A stretch of DNA of 64,000 nucleotides, taken from positions 3,360,001 to 3,424,000 of the forward strand of contig CAXXLX010000001.1 of NCBI GenBank assembly GCA_963665235.2, in the 5' to 3' direction. The stretch's first letter is position 1; each line of letters opens with the position of its first letter. The translations under genes were made by a program, and so were the position numbers. Below, piece after piece: positions 35,089-45,441 of the stretch. The notes beneath the pieces were generated by a model that saw only the letters and a list, made by a program, of their open reading frames with translations, did no database searches and had not been told where the DNA came from. The DNA is from Candidatus Poribacteria bacterium (GTDB lineage Bacteria > Poribacteria > WGA-4E > WGA-3G).

Positions 35089-35895
35089 TTACACAAGCTC
35101 GGTGTCCAATTCCTTCAACGGATTGTTTTCTAACGCAGCTGTTAAGCTCGCCAGATAGTCACGGTCCCGCTGGAGTGCTTCCAGTTTATTGTCCCCGTGT
35201 ACAAATTCTACCTCAAGATAACCATCGTAACCCGCACTGTTCAGGATTTCAGCAATTCGGCTGTAGTCAACGATACCGTCGGCTATCGCGCATGCCTTTC
35301 CGTTTTCGTCAAAATTTTGCGCGTGGACATTCACAACGTGAGATGCCAGCTCCTGTGCAGCGGTATGTGGTTCATCAGCATCTACCCGGGCAAGCGGCTG
35401 ATAATAAGTTTTCAGAGACGACATGTTGATATTTTCGATGATTTCTAAAGTACTCTCAACCGTGTCTGTTAGATGATGATTGTGCATTTCCATGCCCAAT
35501 CTCATATTACGGAAGTTCGCCCACTGTGCCATACTGACCAATCGAAAAAGAATAAGCCGTTTATCTGCCGGTGAAATCGATTTTGAGGGACCGCCCGCCG
35601 GCCAAATTCTAATCAAATCGGTTCCGAGCGCGTGTGCGATTTTAAACGCCTCTTCAAGATGTTTTTGGTGGAGGTGCAGCAGTGGGTCAACGTAAGAACC
35701 GAACGCTGAAATCTCTAACCCTTTCTGCTCTGCCATCTCCTTAATCGCTTTGATGTGTGCTTCTTCATACTCCGCGGGTATGTGCGGCGGTTTTCCCCAA
35801 ACTTCAATCCCATCAAAGCCGTAATCTGCAGCAATATCTATAACCTCTTCCAAAGGTTTTTCCTGAAAAGCGATTGTGCACAAACCTAATTTCAT
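35089..35895 (-). CDS. sugar phosphate isomerase/epimerase (xylose isomerase-like TIM barrel)
   Basis: GFDGIE, EMH, NVHAQ, GYDGYLEVE; likely ATG at 35895 (MKLGLCT). Confidence 0.85.
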   Translation of the reverse strand: MKLGLCTIAFQEKPLEEVIDIAADYGFDGIEVWGKPPHIPAEYEEAHIKAIKEMAEQKGLEISAFGSYVDPLLHLHQKHLEEAFKIAHALGTDLIRIWPAGGPSKSISPADKRLILFRLVSMAQWANFRNMRLGMEMHNHHLTDTVESTLEIIENINMSSLKTYYQPLARVDADEPHTAAQELASHVVNVHAQNFDENGKACAIADGIVDYSRIAEILNSAGYDGYLEVEFVHGDNKLEALQRDRDYLASLTAALENNPLKELDTELV

Positions 35896-36021
35896 TTTTT
35901 TATTCCTCAATTGTATATTACTATATGAATATGATACCACAATTCCAAACAGATTGCAAGGAAAGTTTACTATTTTTCTATTCGCCGGATATTTTTTCAC
36001 TTTTTATTTGTGCAAAAAGCC

Positions 36022-36050
36022 TTGAAAATTGTTGTTTGGCATGGTATACT
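36022..36050 (+). promoter_or_regulatory. sigma70-type promoter for the methyltransferase
   Basis: TTGAAA, 17-nt spacer, TGgTATACT. Confidence 0.5.
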
Positions 36051-36149
36051 TTACAATATCCGCTAGGAGACATGTTTTGAGGCAGAAACGTGGGAATTTT
36101 ATAGAATGGAGGTTTGAAATGCACACACTCTCATCGACAATAGGTCATC

Positions 36150-36983
36150 ATGCATAAATTAGTCAAAAGTCCTTTACGGTATCCAGGCGGTAAATCTAGG
36201 GCCCTGAAACAGATTCTCCCACTTGTCCCAGCAAACATATCGGAGTTTCGCGAACCTTTCGTTGGTGGTGGTTCTGTCTTTTTTGCAATCCAGAGCATCT
36301 TTCAAAATCGTATCAAATCCTATTGGATTAATGACCTCAATTACGAGCTGTACTGTTTCTATAAACAGACACGAGATAATGTCGTTGACCTGGTTGCAGC
36401 GTTAGCAAATACAAAAGCGGACTGTAATGATGGCAGAGCACTGTTTGAGGAATTAGCGGCTGCGAGGGATTTGCTAAGCCAAGATAACACCCTGCTTTCC
36501 GAATTTGAACGTGCTGTTCGGTTTTTTGTCCTCAACCGAATTACTTTTTCAGGGATTGTCGACTCAGGTGGTTATTCACAATCCGCATACCAGAAACGTT
36601 TCACAGATTCGTCTATTGAGCGTGTAAAATTGATTTCACCGTCCCTCTCGGGGGTCAAAATCACATGTGAGGATTACGCCGATGTCCTTCTCCAGGATGG
36701 GGAAGATGTTTTTATCTTTCTCGACCCACCCTATTGGAAAGCGACAGAATCAAAGCTGTATGGGAATAGAGGCACGTTGCACACCTCGTTTGACCATGCA
36801 CGCTTCGCGGAAAATATGAAAAAATGTCCGCACAAATGGCTTATTACTTATGACGATTCCCCTATAATTCGGGAATTCTTCGATTTTGCTGAGATTCAGG
36901 AATGGACGCTGCAATACGGAATGAACAATTATCGGAAAACTACCGCCGCAAAAGGAAATGAATTGTTTATCAAAAATTATTGA
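36150..36983 (+). CDS. D12-class N6-adenine DNA methyltransferase (Dam-like), orphan
   Basis: SPLRYPGGKS, EPFVGGGSV, NDLN, FLDPPY. Confidence 0.9.
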   Translation: MHKLVKSPLRYPGGKSRALKQILPLVPANISEFREPFVGGGSVFFAIQSIFQNRIKSYWINDLNYELYCFYKQTRDNVVDLVAALANTKADCNDGRALFEELAAARDLLSQDNTLLSEFERAVRFFVLNRITFSGIVDSGGYSQSAYQKRFTDSSIERVKLISPSLSGVKITCEDYADVLLQDGEDVFIFLDPPYWKATESKLYGNRGTLHTSFDHARFAENMKKCPHKWLITYDDSPIIREFFDFAEIQEWTLQYGMNNYRKTTAAKGNELFIKNY

Positions 36984-36990
36984 CAGAGAA

Positions 36991-37019
36991 TTGACATAGC
37001 CTATCATATTTGCTATAAT
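36991..37019 (+). promoter_or_regulatory. perfect consensus sigma70 promoter for modABC
   Basis: TTGACA, 17-nt spacer, TGcTATAAT. Confidence 0.75.
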
Positions 37020-37056
37020 TTTTTAAGTGCGAAACGATAATTAAGGGCGAACAATT

Positions 37057-37872
37057 ATGCACCAACGTGTTAAATTTTACAACGCACTTATCTTGCTGCT
37101 GATGCTCATAGGACTTTTGGGGTGCAGCAATAGACAAAAACAGCCCGAATTAACCGTATTCAGTGCGATGAGTTTAACTGATGTCCTTACAGAAATTGGT
37201 GAACAGTTTACTGCAAAGCACGGGGTTCAGGTTTACTGTAATTTTGCGGCTTCCTCAACGCTACAACGTCAACTTGAAAAAGGGGCATCGGCAGATGTTT
37301 TTATTTCAGCAAGCCCTAAACAGGTTATCGCGCTTGAGGCTCGCGGAATGCTTGAAGCTGGCAGCCGCTACGATGTCCTAGCAAATCGGTTGGTAATTGT
37401 TTCCTACAAAACCGCTGCTTTCCCCGTGGAAACCGTTGATACTCTTACCGGTCCAGCTATCTCACGAATTGCTGTTGGACAACCGATGGTGGTACCCGCG
37501 GGCACCTACGCGAAGGAGGCTTTGACACACTTCGGGGTATGGGAGAAAATATACCCAAAGCTCGTCTTCGGGACAGATGTTCGCGCAACGCTCGCCTATG
37601 TCGCCGCTGGAAATGCTGACATTGCAATTGTCTATCAAACTGATATCACGCTGAGCGAAAGTGTCAAAGTGCTTTATCAATTTCCAGCTGAAACACATAC
37701 ACCGATTATCTACCCTGCTGTTATCTTGAAAGATAGCCAGCGAAAGGAGACAGCACAACAGTTTGTTGCGTATTTGAAAACAGCCCGTGCTACCGAAATT
37801 TTTGAAAAGCACGGATTTAACTGTTTATCACCTGCTTCAGCACAGCGGGGTGTGTCTACCACATTGCAATGA
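37057..37872 (+). CDS. modA: molybdate ABC transporter substrate-binding lipoprotein
   Basis: Lipobox LLGC; AMSL, ASSTL, ADVFISA, VPAGTYA, VYQTD, HTPIIYP. Confidence 0.92.
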   Translation: MHQRVKFYNALILLLMLIGLLGCSNRQKQPELTVFSAMSLTDVLTEIGEQFTAKHGVQVYCNFAASSTLQRQLEKGASADVFISASPKQVIALEARGMLEAGSRYDVLANRLVIVSYKTAAFPVETVDTLTGPAISRIAVGQPMVVPAGTYAKEALTHFGVWEKIYPKLVFGTDVRATLAYVAAGNADIAIVYQTDITLSESVKVLYQFPAETHTPIIYPAVILKDSQRKETAQQFVAYLKTARATEIFEKHGFNCLSPASAQRGVSTTLQ

Positions 37873-38534
37873 GGATAACGCCAACCGAGATTACTGCTCT
37901 TACCTTATCTATTAAAGTTGCATTGCTGAGCCTTGTTGTGATGTTTCCGCCCGGTCTTCTCGTCGGGTGGCTTCTTGCAAAACGCGAATTTCCCGGAAAA
38001 GTCATCCTCAATACACTCGTCATGTTACCGTTAGTGCTGCCGCCTGTTGTAAGCGGCTATCTGCTCCTTATGCTATTGAGCAAGCACGGACCGCTCGGTG
38101 GATTTCTCAAGCAGGTTTTCGGTATAGAGCTCGTTTTCTCTCCATTTGCTGTTGTAATTGCCATCTCAATCATCTCGTTTCCGCTTTTAGTACGAGGTAT
38201 CATGACAGGCATAGCGTCTGTGCCATCAGAACTTGAAAACGCAGCGCGGACGCTCGGGGCATCGCCAATTAAGGTCTTTTTTACCGTCACACTCCCCTTG
38301 GCGTACCGAGGTATCATAGGCGGCATCATACTCGGTTTCTCCAAAAGCCTTGGCGAGTTCGGGGCAACTATCATGGTAGCAGGAAATATCCCCGGTAAAA
38401 CCCAAACAGTGGCATTAGCAATTTTTAGTGCTGTACAGCTGGGGGAAGATGCGTCCGTTTATCGGTTGGTGTTCATTTCAACCGTTGTCGCGTTTATTGC
38501 AATCTGGCTAACGGAACGTTTCACCCTTAGGTAG
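37869..38534 (+). CDS. modB: molybdate ABC transporter permease
   Basis: LPLVLPPVVSGY, AARTLGAS, SLGEFGATIMVAGNIPGKT. Confidence 0.93.
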   Translation: MRITPTEITALTLSIKVALLSLVVMFPPGLLVGWLLAKREFPGKVILNTLVMLPLVLPPVVSGYLLLMLLSKHGPLGGFLKQVFGIELVFSPFAVVIAISIISFPLLVRGIMTGIASVPSELENAARTLGASPIKVFFTVTLPLAYRGIIGGIILGFSKSLGEFGATIMVAGNIPGKTQTVALAIFSAVQLGEDASVYRLVFISTVVAFIAIWLTERFTLR

Positions 38535-38552
38535 GTAGGATAAATTCTCTAT

Positions 38553-39647
38553 ATGAAACACAACACCGAAATCACACTCCATTTTTCTAAACGTCTCGGT
38601 AATTTTACGCTAACCGTTGATTGCAGCTTACAACAGAAAGTTACAGCTTTCTTAGGCGCGTCAGGCAGTGGGAAGAGTACGCTGCTCAACTGCATTAGCG
38701 GCATACTGTGTCCTGACAAAGGGCAGCTCAGCTTCGGAGACGAAGTGCTTTACGCCTCCGATTTAGGCATCAACGTACCGCCTGAAAAACGGCGTTTCGG
38801 ATATGTTTTTCAAGAGGGGTATCTCTTTCCGCACTTAACAGTTGCACAAAATATTCGTTATGGACAACCGCGGCATAGACGTAAAAATCCGGAGTACATT
38901 TCCAGGGTGCTTGAAATTCTTGAGATTTCGGCACTACTCCAACGATATCCGCGTCAACTTTCGGGGGGACAACGTCAACGGGTCGCTATTGCCCGGGCAC
39001 TTGCCATGGAGCCGCGTCTACTTCTCATGGATGAACCGCTTGCTTCGCTTGACAGCGGTCTAAAAAACCGGATTATCCCATACCTCCATCATATCAAAAA
39101 CGCCTTTGAGATATCCATTCTTTATGTCACCCATGCCATATCCGAGGCGATGGCACTCGCTGATGAAGCGTTTCTCCTTTCCGATGGAAAAATCACCGCA
39201 AGTGGTGAACCGTATCAACTCCTATCCGCGCCCGCCGCAATGCCAATTGCAAATATGATAGGCGTAGAAAATATCTTGTCGCTCCTCGTCGCTGGCTCAG
39301 ATAAACGGAGCGGCGTAACCGAATTAGAGATTGGAGCACAACGTCTTGTTATCCCTTTCATCGAAGCGGACGTAGGCAAAACAGTCCCCATCGCTATTCG
39401 GGCAGAAGATATTATCATTTCGCTTGAACCGCAGCTCCCCATTAGTGCCCGGAACATTTTAAAAGGAACGATCGCCCAAGTTGACATTATCGGCGATAAA
39501 ACATTGCTAGCCATTGCTGTTGAGGGACATCGACTCTCCGTAAAAATCACCCATAGTGCTCGGGAACACCTCCAACTGTGTGAAAAAAAAGAGGTCTATT
39601 GTGTCATCAAGGCAAACGCCATCAATCTACTTTGGCATGAGTCTTGA
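38553..39647 (+). CDS. modC: molybdate ABC transporter ATP-binding protein
   Basis: GASGSGKST, LSGGQRQR, LLMDEP, C-terminal TOBE domain (SARNIL). Confidence 0.92.
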   Translation: MKHNTEITLHFSKRLGNFTLTVDCSLQQKVTAFLGASGSGKSTLLNCISGILCPDKGQLSFGDEVLYASDLGINVPPEKRRFGYVFQEGYLFPHLTVAQNIRYGQPRHRRKNPEYISRVLEILEISALLQRYPRQLSGGQRQRVAIARALAMEPRLLLMDEPLASLDSGLKNRIIPYLHHIKNAFEISILYVTHAISEAMALADEAFLLSDGKITASGEPYQLLSAPAAMPIANMIGVENILSLLVAGSDKRSGVTELEIGAQRLVIPFIEADVGKTVPIAIRAEDIIISLEPQLPISARNILKGTIAQVDIIGDKTLLAIAVEGHRLSVKITHSAREHLQLCEKKEVYCVIKANAINLLWHES

Positions 39648-40278
39648 GGTCTTTCCAAAGCTCATCCACCTTTTCCTTCAGCTCCGCAAACGTTCCCTCA
39701 TTCTCTATTACGAAATCAGCGTACTTAATCTTTTCTATCAACGGCATCTGTGCATCAATACGCGCCTGTACTTCAGCTTCGGTTAGGGGACGATTCTGCA
39801 TTCGGCTCCGTTCCAATGTCCGTTCCAATTGGGTCTCCGGTGAGGCAACCACGACAACGATTACATCAACGGTATCGTAGGCACCCGCCTCTATGAGAAG
39901 GGGTGCGTCAAGCAGGACAACGCACGTCGGAGCTTCCAGGACAAGTTGGCGTGCCCGTGCCCGGGAGCGTTGAATAATTAACGGATGTAGGATAGCATTC
40001 AATTGCGCGAGGGCAGCTTTATCCTTAAAAACGATGCCCCCTAATTTTTCTCGACTCACATCCCCCGTAGATTCTTCAATGATATTCTGTCCAAATGTGT
40101 CAACGAGTTCATCAATAGCTGGGCTGCCCACCTTAAGGAGTTGATGTCCGATTTCATCGGCGTTAATCGGAATCGCACCTTTTTCCGATAGGAGTTCAGA
40201 GACGGTTGTTTTCCCGCATGCCATGCCCCCCGTTATTCCGACAATAGTGCCCCGGTCGGGCTGTTTTTCGGTTTCCAT
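39622..40278 (-). CDS. coaE: dephospho-CoA kinase
   Basis: GITGGMACGKTT, LNAILHP, DAPLLIE, RIDAQM; start uncertain (40278 or 40311). Confidence 0.92.
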   Translation of the reverse strand: METEKQPDRGTIVGITGGMACGKTTVSELLSEKGAIPINADEIGHQLLKVGSPAIDELVDTFGQNIIEESTGDVSREKLGGIVFKDKAALAQLNAILHPLIIQRSRARARQLVLEAPTCVVLLDAPLLIEAGAYDTVDVIVVVVASPETQLERTLERSRMQNRPLTEAEVQARIDAQMPLIEKIKYADFVIENEGTFAELKEKVDELWKDLKTHAKVD

Positions 40279-40300
40279 CCTATTTATCCTCGGGAAGGTT

Positions 40301-41455
40301 TTAGCCTGCAATCCGCTTCGATTCTAAATTCAACCATTCGCCATAGCCGCGCGGCATATTTGGCGGCGGTTGCAATCCCGATTCTTCGCGCCATCTTAGC
40401 AACGGATGCGTCCGGTCAACCTGTGGAAGTTCCACGCGTGTTCCGTACGCTGCGGACTCAAAGATGCCCATCATCATCTCAATGACATGCCTCCCCGCAT
40501 TTCCACTGCACACATGTGCTCTTCCCTCATCTAAGGCGTTGACATAATCCTCGACGAACCAATAATCTGCTTCGGCCGCGCCACTTTTCGGTTCATAAGA
40601 GTCGGGGTAGAGAAGCGATAACGTTTCCCAGGTGTCGTGCTTCCCGTCGGGGAGATAGTGGGGTGTTGGCAAATGCCATGCCCCCCCGATTTTCCATAAC
40701 AACCGGCCCTCGGTACCATAAAGCTCCATGGAATACGCACCCGTATCCATTTTCGGAAAACGGTGTTGAAGCAGCGTCCCAGTGACGTTCCCCTCATATT
40801 GTAACGTCGCAGTGATATATTCGCCGGCGATAGTTCCCATGCCGCTCGGGGAGGGGGCCACATCCTCCGGGGTAATCGGTTTTCCACCGGTTGTCAGGTG
40901 TGCTACGACACTTCGACATACTTTTCCAAAGTGCAACATGTTGTTGAGCATGTGTGTACCGATGTTCATCAAACCGTAACCCCCGTAATACCCTTTCCCA
41001 CTGCCGTACATATACCGCAATTCACCGATTTTTCCGGCATTGAAAGCACGCGCAATCGCTTGCATAGACGCACCAACCCTCCCCTGATGATGCACAGCCA
41101 CCTGCACACCCTTCTCTTCCGCTTTCGCGATAACAGCGTCCGCCTGCACCAAATCTACACACATCGGTTTTTCCACCTCAATGTGAACCCCGTGTTCTAA
41201 CACACGCATACATAAGTCGTAGTGCAGCTCGGTGGCAGTAGGAATTGCGACGATGTCCGGGGCGGTCTTCTGAATCATTTCATCTAAATCAGCAAAACGC
41301 GCTGTGACGTTGAGCGCGTCGCCTAAACTATCGCGACGTTCCGCAATTAGGTCACACAACGCGACAATTTCGGTGCGGGGATGGGCGTGATATGCCCGCG
41401 CTGCGGCTGCCCCGCGACCTCTACATCCCAAAATTGCTACTCGATAGGTTTTCAC
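40301..41455 (-). CDS. Gfo/Idh/MocA family oxidoreductase
   Basis: ILGCRGRG, EKPM, GLMNIGTH. Confidence 0.88.
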   Translation of the reverse strand: MKTYRVAILGCRGRGAAAARAYHAHPRTEIVALCDLIAERRDSLGDALNVTARFADLDEMIQKTAPDIVAIPTATELHYDLCMRVLEHGVHIEVEKPMCVDLVQADAVIAKAEEKGVQVAVHHQGRVGASMQAIARAFNAGKIGELRYMYGSGKGYYGGYGLMNIGTHMLNNMLHFGKVCRSVVAHLTTGGKPITPEDVAPSPSGMGTIAGEYITATLQYEGNVTGTLLQHRFPKMDTGAYSMELYGTEGRLLWKIGGAWHLPTPHYLPDGKHDTWETLSLLYPDSYEPKSGAAEADYWFVEDYVNALDEGRAHVCSGNAGRHVIEMMMGIFESAAYGTRVELPQVDRTHPLLRWREESGLQPPPNMPRGYGEWLNLESKRIAG

Positions 41456-42345
41456 TATTTCCTCCTTGATAGATATTCCGATAGTGCGTAATCAAACGGT
41501 GTAGCGGTGTCCATCTGGACATAATCAATTTGACTTGCCCCACACCCGCGCCGGTAGTTCTGAATAAATTGGTTCAGATTTTCAAGGTATGCGGTTTTAA
41601 GAGAATCCGCTTGCGTTGAGAGTGTCTGTCCCGTTTCCATATCCCGAAAAATAACGGACCCCTCGTAAGGAAAGGTGAGCTCGGCAGAATCAAGCAGATG
41701 AAAGACGATAACCTCATGTTTCTGGTGCCGAAGATGTTTCAGGGCAGAGATTACCTGAGTAGGTTCATCCAGCAAATCGGAGATAACGATAACGAGCCCA
41801 CGTCTTACAATCCGCTTCGCGAGTTCGTGGAACAAACCACTCAGCTGGGTCTCCTTACCCGGGGTAGCGTTTTCTAAGGCAGACACAATTGCCCGTAGAT
41901 GTGTTGCGGCACCCCTCGGTGGAATGTATTGTGTAATATCGGTATCAAAGAGTGCCAAACCGACAGAATCCCGTTGCTTCAGCATAAGGTAGGTCAGCGT
42001 TGCCGCAAGATAACAACCGTATTCGAACTTCGTCAACGTTTCCTCTGTGTATTTATAGTTCATAGACGCGCTCGTATCAAGCAGGATATATGCGCGTAGG
42101 TTTGTGTCTTCCTCAAACTTCTTGACATAATACCGGTCAGATTTTCCGTAGACCTTCCAATCGATATATCGGATTTCATCGCCGGGCATATATTGCCGAT
42201 GCTCCGCGAATTCCACGCTAAATCCTTGATACGGACTTTTGTGCAACCCGGTGACAAACCCCTCAACGACGAGCCGCGCCACAAGTTCCATGCCCCCAAT
42301 ACGAGAGAGGGCAACCGGGTCCAGATATTTGTGTGATGTTTGCAT
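41455..42345 (-). CDS. DUF58 (VWA-like) protein
   Basis: GLHKSPYQGFSVEFAEHRQYMPGD.IRYIDWK, DTSASM, ISD. Confidence 0.92.
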   Translation of the reverse strand: MQTSHKYLDPVALSRIGGMELVARLVVEGFVTGLHKSPYQGFSVEFAEHRQYMPGDEIRYIDWKVYGKSDRYYVKKFEEDTNLRAYILLDTSASMNYKYTEETLTKFEYGCYLAATLTYLMLKQRDSVGLALFDTDITQYIPPRGAATHLRAIVSALENATPGKETQLSGLFHELAKRIVRRGLVIVISDLLDEPTQVISALKHLRHQKHEVIVFHLLDSAELTFPYEGSVIFRDMETGQTLSTQADSLKTAYLENLNQFIQNYRRGCGASQIDYVQMDTATPFDYALSEYLSRRK

Positions 42346-42616
42346 GGTGTTTATTCCTAGCTATACACTCCTGTTCGTGAGGTTTCAAATTCTGCCTATA
42401 GTTTAATTTTACCATAAAAACAGAGTTTGCAGTGAAAAAAAGATTTTTGCCTCTATAGGACAGTTGCACAAAACGCCAACTTCTGTTAAAATTGTATCCA
42501 GATTGTTGGACATCAGGGTTAGAAACCGGCCCCATAAGAGTGTTCGGAAAATGGAAGAGACTTGACGAACAAAATCAGCTTGTCAGCCGCTCGACTGGAC
42601 CAAATTTTAAAAAACT

Positions 42617-43999
42617 ATGGCAACCATTGATATCAAACAACGCATTACACAAGGTGAAAACGTCACAACTGAATTTAAAGAGAATTTCCATCGGGAAGTT
42701 ATCGAGACCGCTGCCGCGTTTGCCAATACCAGCGGGGGCACTATTCTTATCGGTGTCTCCGATAAACGAGAGCTCAGTGGAATTACCATTGGAAAAGAAA
42801 CGTTAAGAGATTGGGCAAATCAGATTCTTCAAGCGACTGGGCCGCGGGTAGTTCTGGAAATTGAACAGGTTGACGTAAAAGGAAAATCAGTTGTCCTAAT
42901 ACATATCACAGAATCTTCTATAAAACCTGTTTCTGCTAGAGGGCGATGCTATAAAAGAGTAGGAAACAGCAACCGGGTTATGTCTCCGCAAGAAATTGCC
43001 CAGATGCACCTCAAGTCGATAGGGCAAACATGGGATAGACTTTTAGTTACGAGTGCAGGGCAGGATGATATAGATACACAAAAGGTAGAATGGTATCTAA
43101 CCCAGCGAGAAGAAATCCGAAATGTAACGAAACCGCAAGATATGAGTCTAACAGAATTGCTGGTAAACATTCATGTTATGAGTGCCGAAAAAACACCGAC
43201 CCATGCGGGTATCCTTTTTTTCGGTAAGCACCCCCAAAGATTTTGCCAAAACGCACAGCTGCGGCTTGTTAGATTCAAAGGGACATCGGTCCTCCATCCT
43301 GTCCTAGCTCGGCTTGATTGTTCCGGTGCGCTTTGGGAAATGGTCACCGCGGCAGAAGAATTTATCAGGAAAAATATTCGCCTTCTCAGTTTTCGGGTCG
43401 AAACGAGTTTCCAGCGAGACGACAAATTTGAATATCCGCTCAGAGCCCTACGCGAGGCAATTATCAATGCTCTGATTCACCGCAGTTATCAAAAACCAGC
43501 CGACGTTCGCGTCTTTATATTTGACCAACGTGTTGAAATTATTAACCCCGGCACCTTTCCGGAAGGGGTCAGTCCAGATGCCCCCGTTCACGACCCCGTA
43601 AATCCGACGCTGAGCCAATTCATGTACGATGTCGGTTTTATCGAACAATATGGGGCGGGTATCAGGATGATGCAAAGGCTCTGTGAAGAATGGGGAAACG
43701 AAAAACCGCGTTATGAGTTTCACCCCCTTGAAACCAAAATCATCTTTGATTCGCCGATTCAAGAGACAACTTTTATAGAAATTGATGGTAATTCATCACA
43801 GTTGAACGAACGTCAAAGGGACGCTCTGTCTTATACACGGAGTAAGGGAAAAATCACAACGAGGGAATACATGGCACTCAATCATGTCTCGCGCGGGACG
43901 GCCTATGCAGAGCTAAAGGATTTAAACAACAAAGGACTACTGACTGCAATAGGAAAGGGAAGAGGAAGCAGATATGTCCGAAAATTGAGCGATTATTGA
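42617..43999 (+). CDS. Schlafen/AlbA_2 + HATPase_c_4 + C-terminal HTH protein
   Basis: GENVTTEFK, AFANTSGG.ILIGVSD, REAIINALIHRSY, NPG, GAGI, GKGRGSRY. Confidence 0.88.
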   Translation: MATIDIKQRITQGENVTTEFKENFHREVIETAAAFANTSGGTILIGVSDKRELSGITIGKETLRDWANQILQATGPRVVLEIEQVDVKGKSVVLIHITESSIKPVSARGRCYKRVGNSNRVMSPQEIAQMHLKSIGQTWDRLLVTSAGQDDIDTQKVEWYLTQREEIRNVTKPQDMSLTELLVNIHVMSAEKTPTHAGILFFGKHPQRFCQNAQLRLVRFKGTSVLHPVLARLDCSGALWEMVTAAEEFIRKNIRLLSFRVETSFQRDDKFEYPLRALREAIINALIHRSYQKPADVRVFIFDQRVEIINPGTFPEGVSPDAPVHDPVNPTLSQFMYDVGFIEQYGAGIRMMQRLCEEWGNEKPRYEFHPLETKIIFDSPIQETTFIEIDGNSSQLNERQRDALSYTRSKGKITTREYMALNHVSRGTAYAELKDLNNKGLLTAIGKGRGSRYVRKLSDY

Positions 44000-44050
44000 G
44001 CGATATTAAGCGATTAAGTAAAAACGCGCCGGTGCGATCTATAGATCTAT

Positions 44051-45433
44051 ATGACACAACACTACTTAGAACACTTCCATCAAGCACTCCGTGCCATTCT
44101 GGGAACACGTTTCAGCACAGACCGTGCTGTCCGGGACCTGCATGCGCGGGATGCCTCCTATCACCGAGATGCCTTACCGGATGCTGTCGCGTTTCCGAAA
44201 ACGAACACAGAGGTCGCGGACCTCGTCAAAATCTGTGCAAAATATAGGACACCGATAATTCCCTACGGCACTGGCACAGGCGTTGAAGGGGCAGTTGTTG
44301 CAAAAGCGGGCACGCTCTGCGTAGCTCTGAAGGACATGAACAACATCCTCAGCGTTCACCGAGAAGATAGAGATGCCACCGTTCAAGCAGGGGTAACGCG
44401 TTTACAACTGAACCAACACCTGGCTGAATTGGGGACACAACTCCATTTTCCGGTCGACCCGGGCGCAGATGCCTCGTTAGGCGGTATGACAGCGACGCGC
44501 GCCTCCGGCACAAGTGCTGTCCGCTACGGAACTATGCAAGACAACGTTATGGGCTTGACCGTTGTCACCGCTGACGGTACCCTTGTTCGCACCGGCGGCA
44601 GAGCCCGAAAATCCGCTGCGGGTTATGACCTCACCCGCCTCTTTATCGGTTCAGAGGGGACATTGGGAATCATCACCGAAATCACGTTGAAATTAGCACG
44701 GTTGCCGGAAGCAATCGCCGCGGCTGTCTGTGCATTTCCAACTGTAGCCGCTGCAGTGGACACGGTTATAGAACTAATGGATACGGGTATCAATATCGCT
44801 CGAATAGAGCTATTAGATGAACTTCAGATGGAAGCGGTCAATAGATATTCCGAATTAACCTACGAAGTTGCCCCGACGCTCTTCTTTGAATTCCACGGTT
44901 CGGCTAATACGGTAGCGGAGAGTGCAAAAGTTTCGGGGACACTCGCGGCGGGACATGGTGGAAGCGATTTTCGCTGGGCGATAGACGATAACGAACGCAA
45001 ACGGCTCTGGCAAGCCCGATATGATAGCTATTATGCTGTGCTCAACCTGCGCCCCGGTTCGGTAGGGTACGTCACCGATGTGTGTGTACCGATATCCCGG
45101 CTTGCGGAATGTATCGCGAAAACGAAAGCACTGCTTACGCGCACTGGACTCCTTGCACCGCTGCTCGGGCATGTCGGCGATGGAAACTTCCACGTTGTTT
45201 TCCCGCTTGAACCGGACAACACCGAAGAATTGGCAGAAGCAGCGCAGCTGAGTCATCAGATTGTGGATATCGCTTTGGAGATGGGAGGCACTTGCACCGG
45301 TGAACACGGCATCGGCATCGGCAAACGCGCTGCATTGGAGAAGGAGCACGGAGAAGCTGTGAACTTAATGCGTAGTCTCAAACAGGCACTAGACCCGTTA
45401 AATCTGATGAACCCTGGCAAAGTTTTCCTATAG
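44051..45433 (+). CDS. FAD-linked oxidase (D-lactate dehydrogenase/GlcD family)
   Basis: GTGTGVEG, DPGADASLGG, GYDL..LFIGSEGTLG, GHVGDGNFH, GEHGIG, NPGK. Confidence 0.92.
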   Translation: MTQHYLEHFHQALRAILGTRFSTDRAVRDLHARDASYHRDALPDAVAFPKTNTEVADLVKICAKYRTPIIPYGTGTGVEGAVVAKAGTLCVALKDMNNILSVHREDRDATVQAGVTRLQLNQHLAELGTQLHFPVDPGADASLGGMTATRASGTSAVRYGTMQDNVMGLTVVTADGTLVRTGGRARKSAAGYDLTRLFIGSEGTLGIITEITLKLARLPEAIAAAVCAFPTVAAAVDTVIELMDTGINIARIELLDELQMEAVNRYSELTYEVAPTLFFEFHGSANTVAESAKVSGTLAAGHGGSDFRWAIDDNERKRLWQARYDSYYAVLNLRPGSVGYVTDVCVPISRLAECIAKTKALLTRTGLLAPLLGHVGDGNFHVVFPLEPDNTEELAEAAQLSHQIVDIALEMGGTCTGEHGIGIGKRAALEKEHGEAVNLMRSLKQALDPLNLMNPGKVFL

Positions 45434-45441
45434 GAGCAGCT

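Noticed and set aside
42492-42806. 104-aa ORF overlapping the AlbA gene start
   Set aside because: Out of frame with a well-supported gene and has no recognisable motifs.
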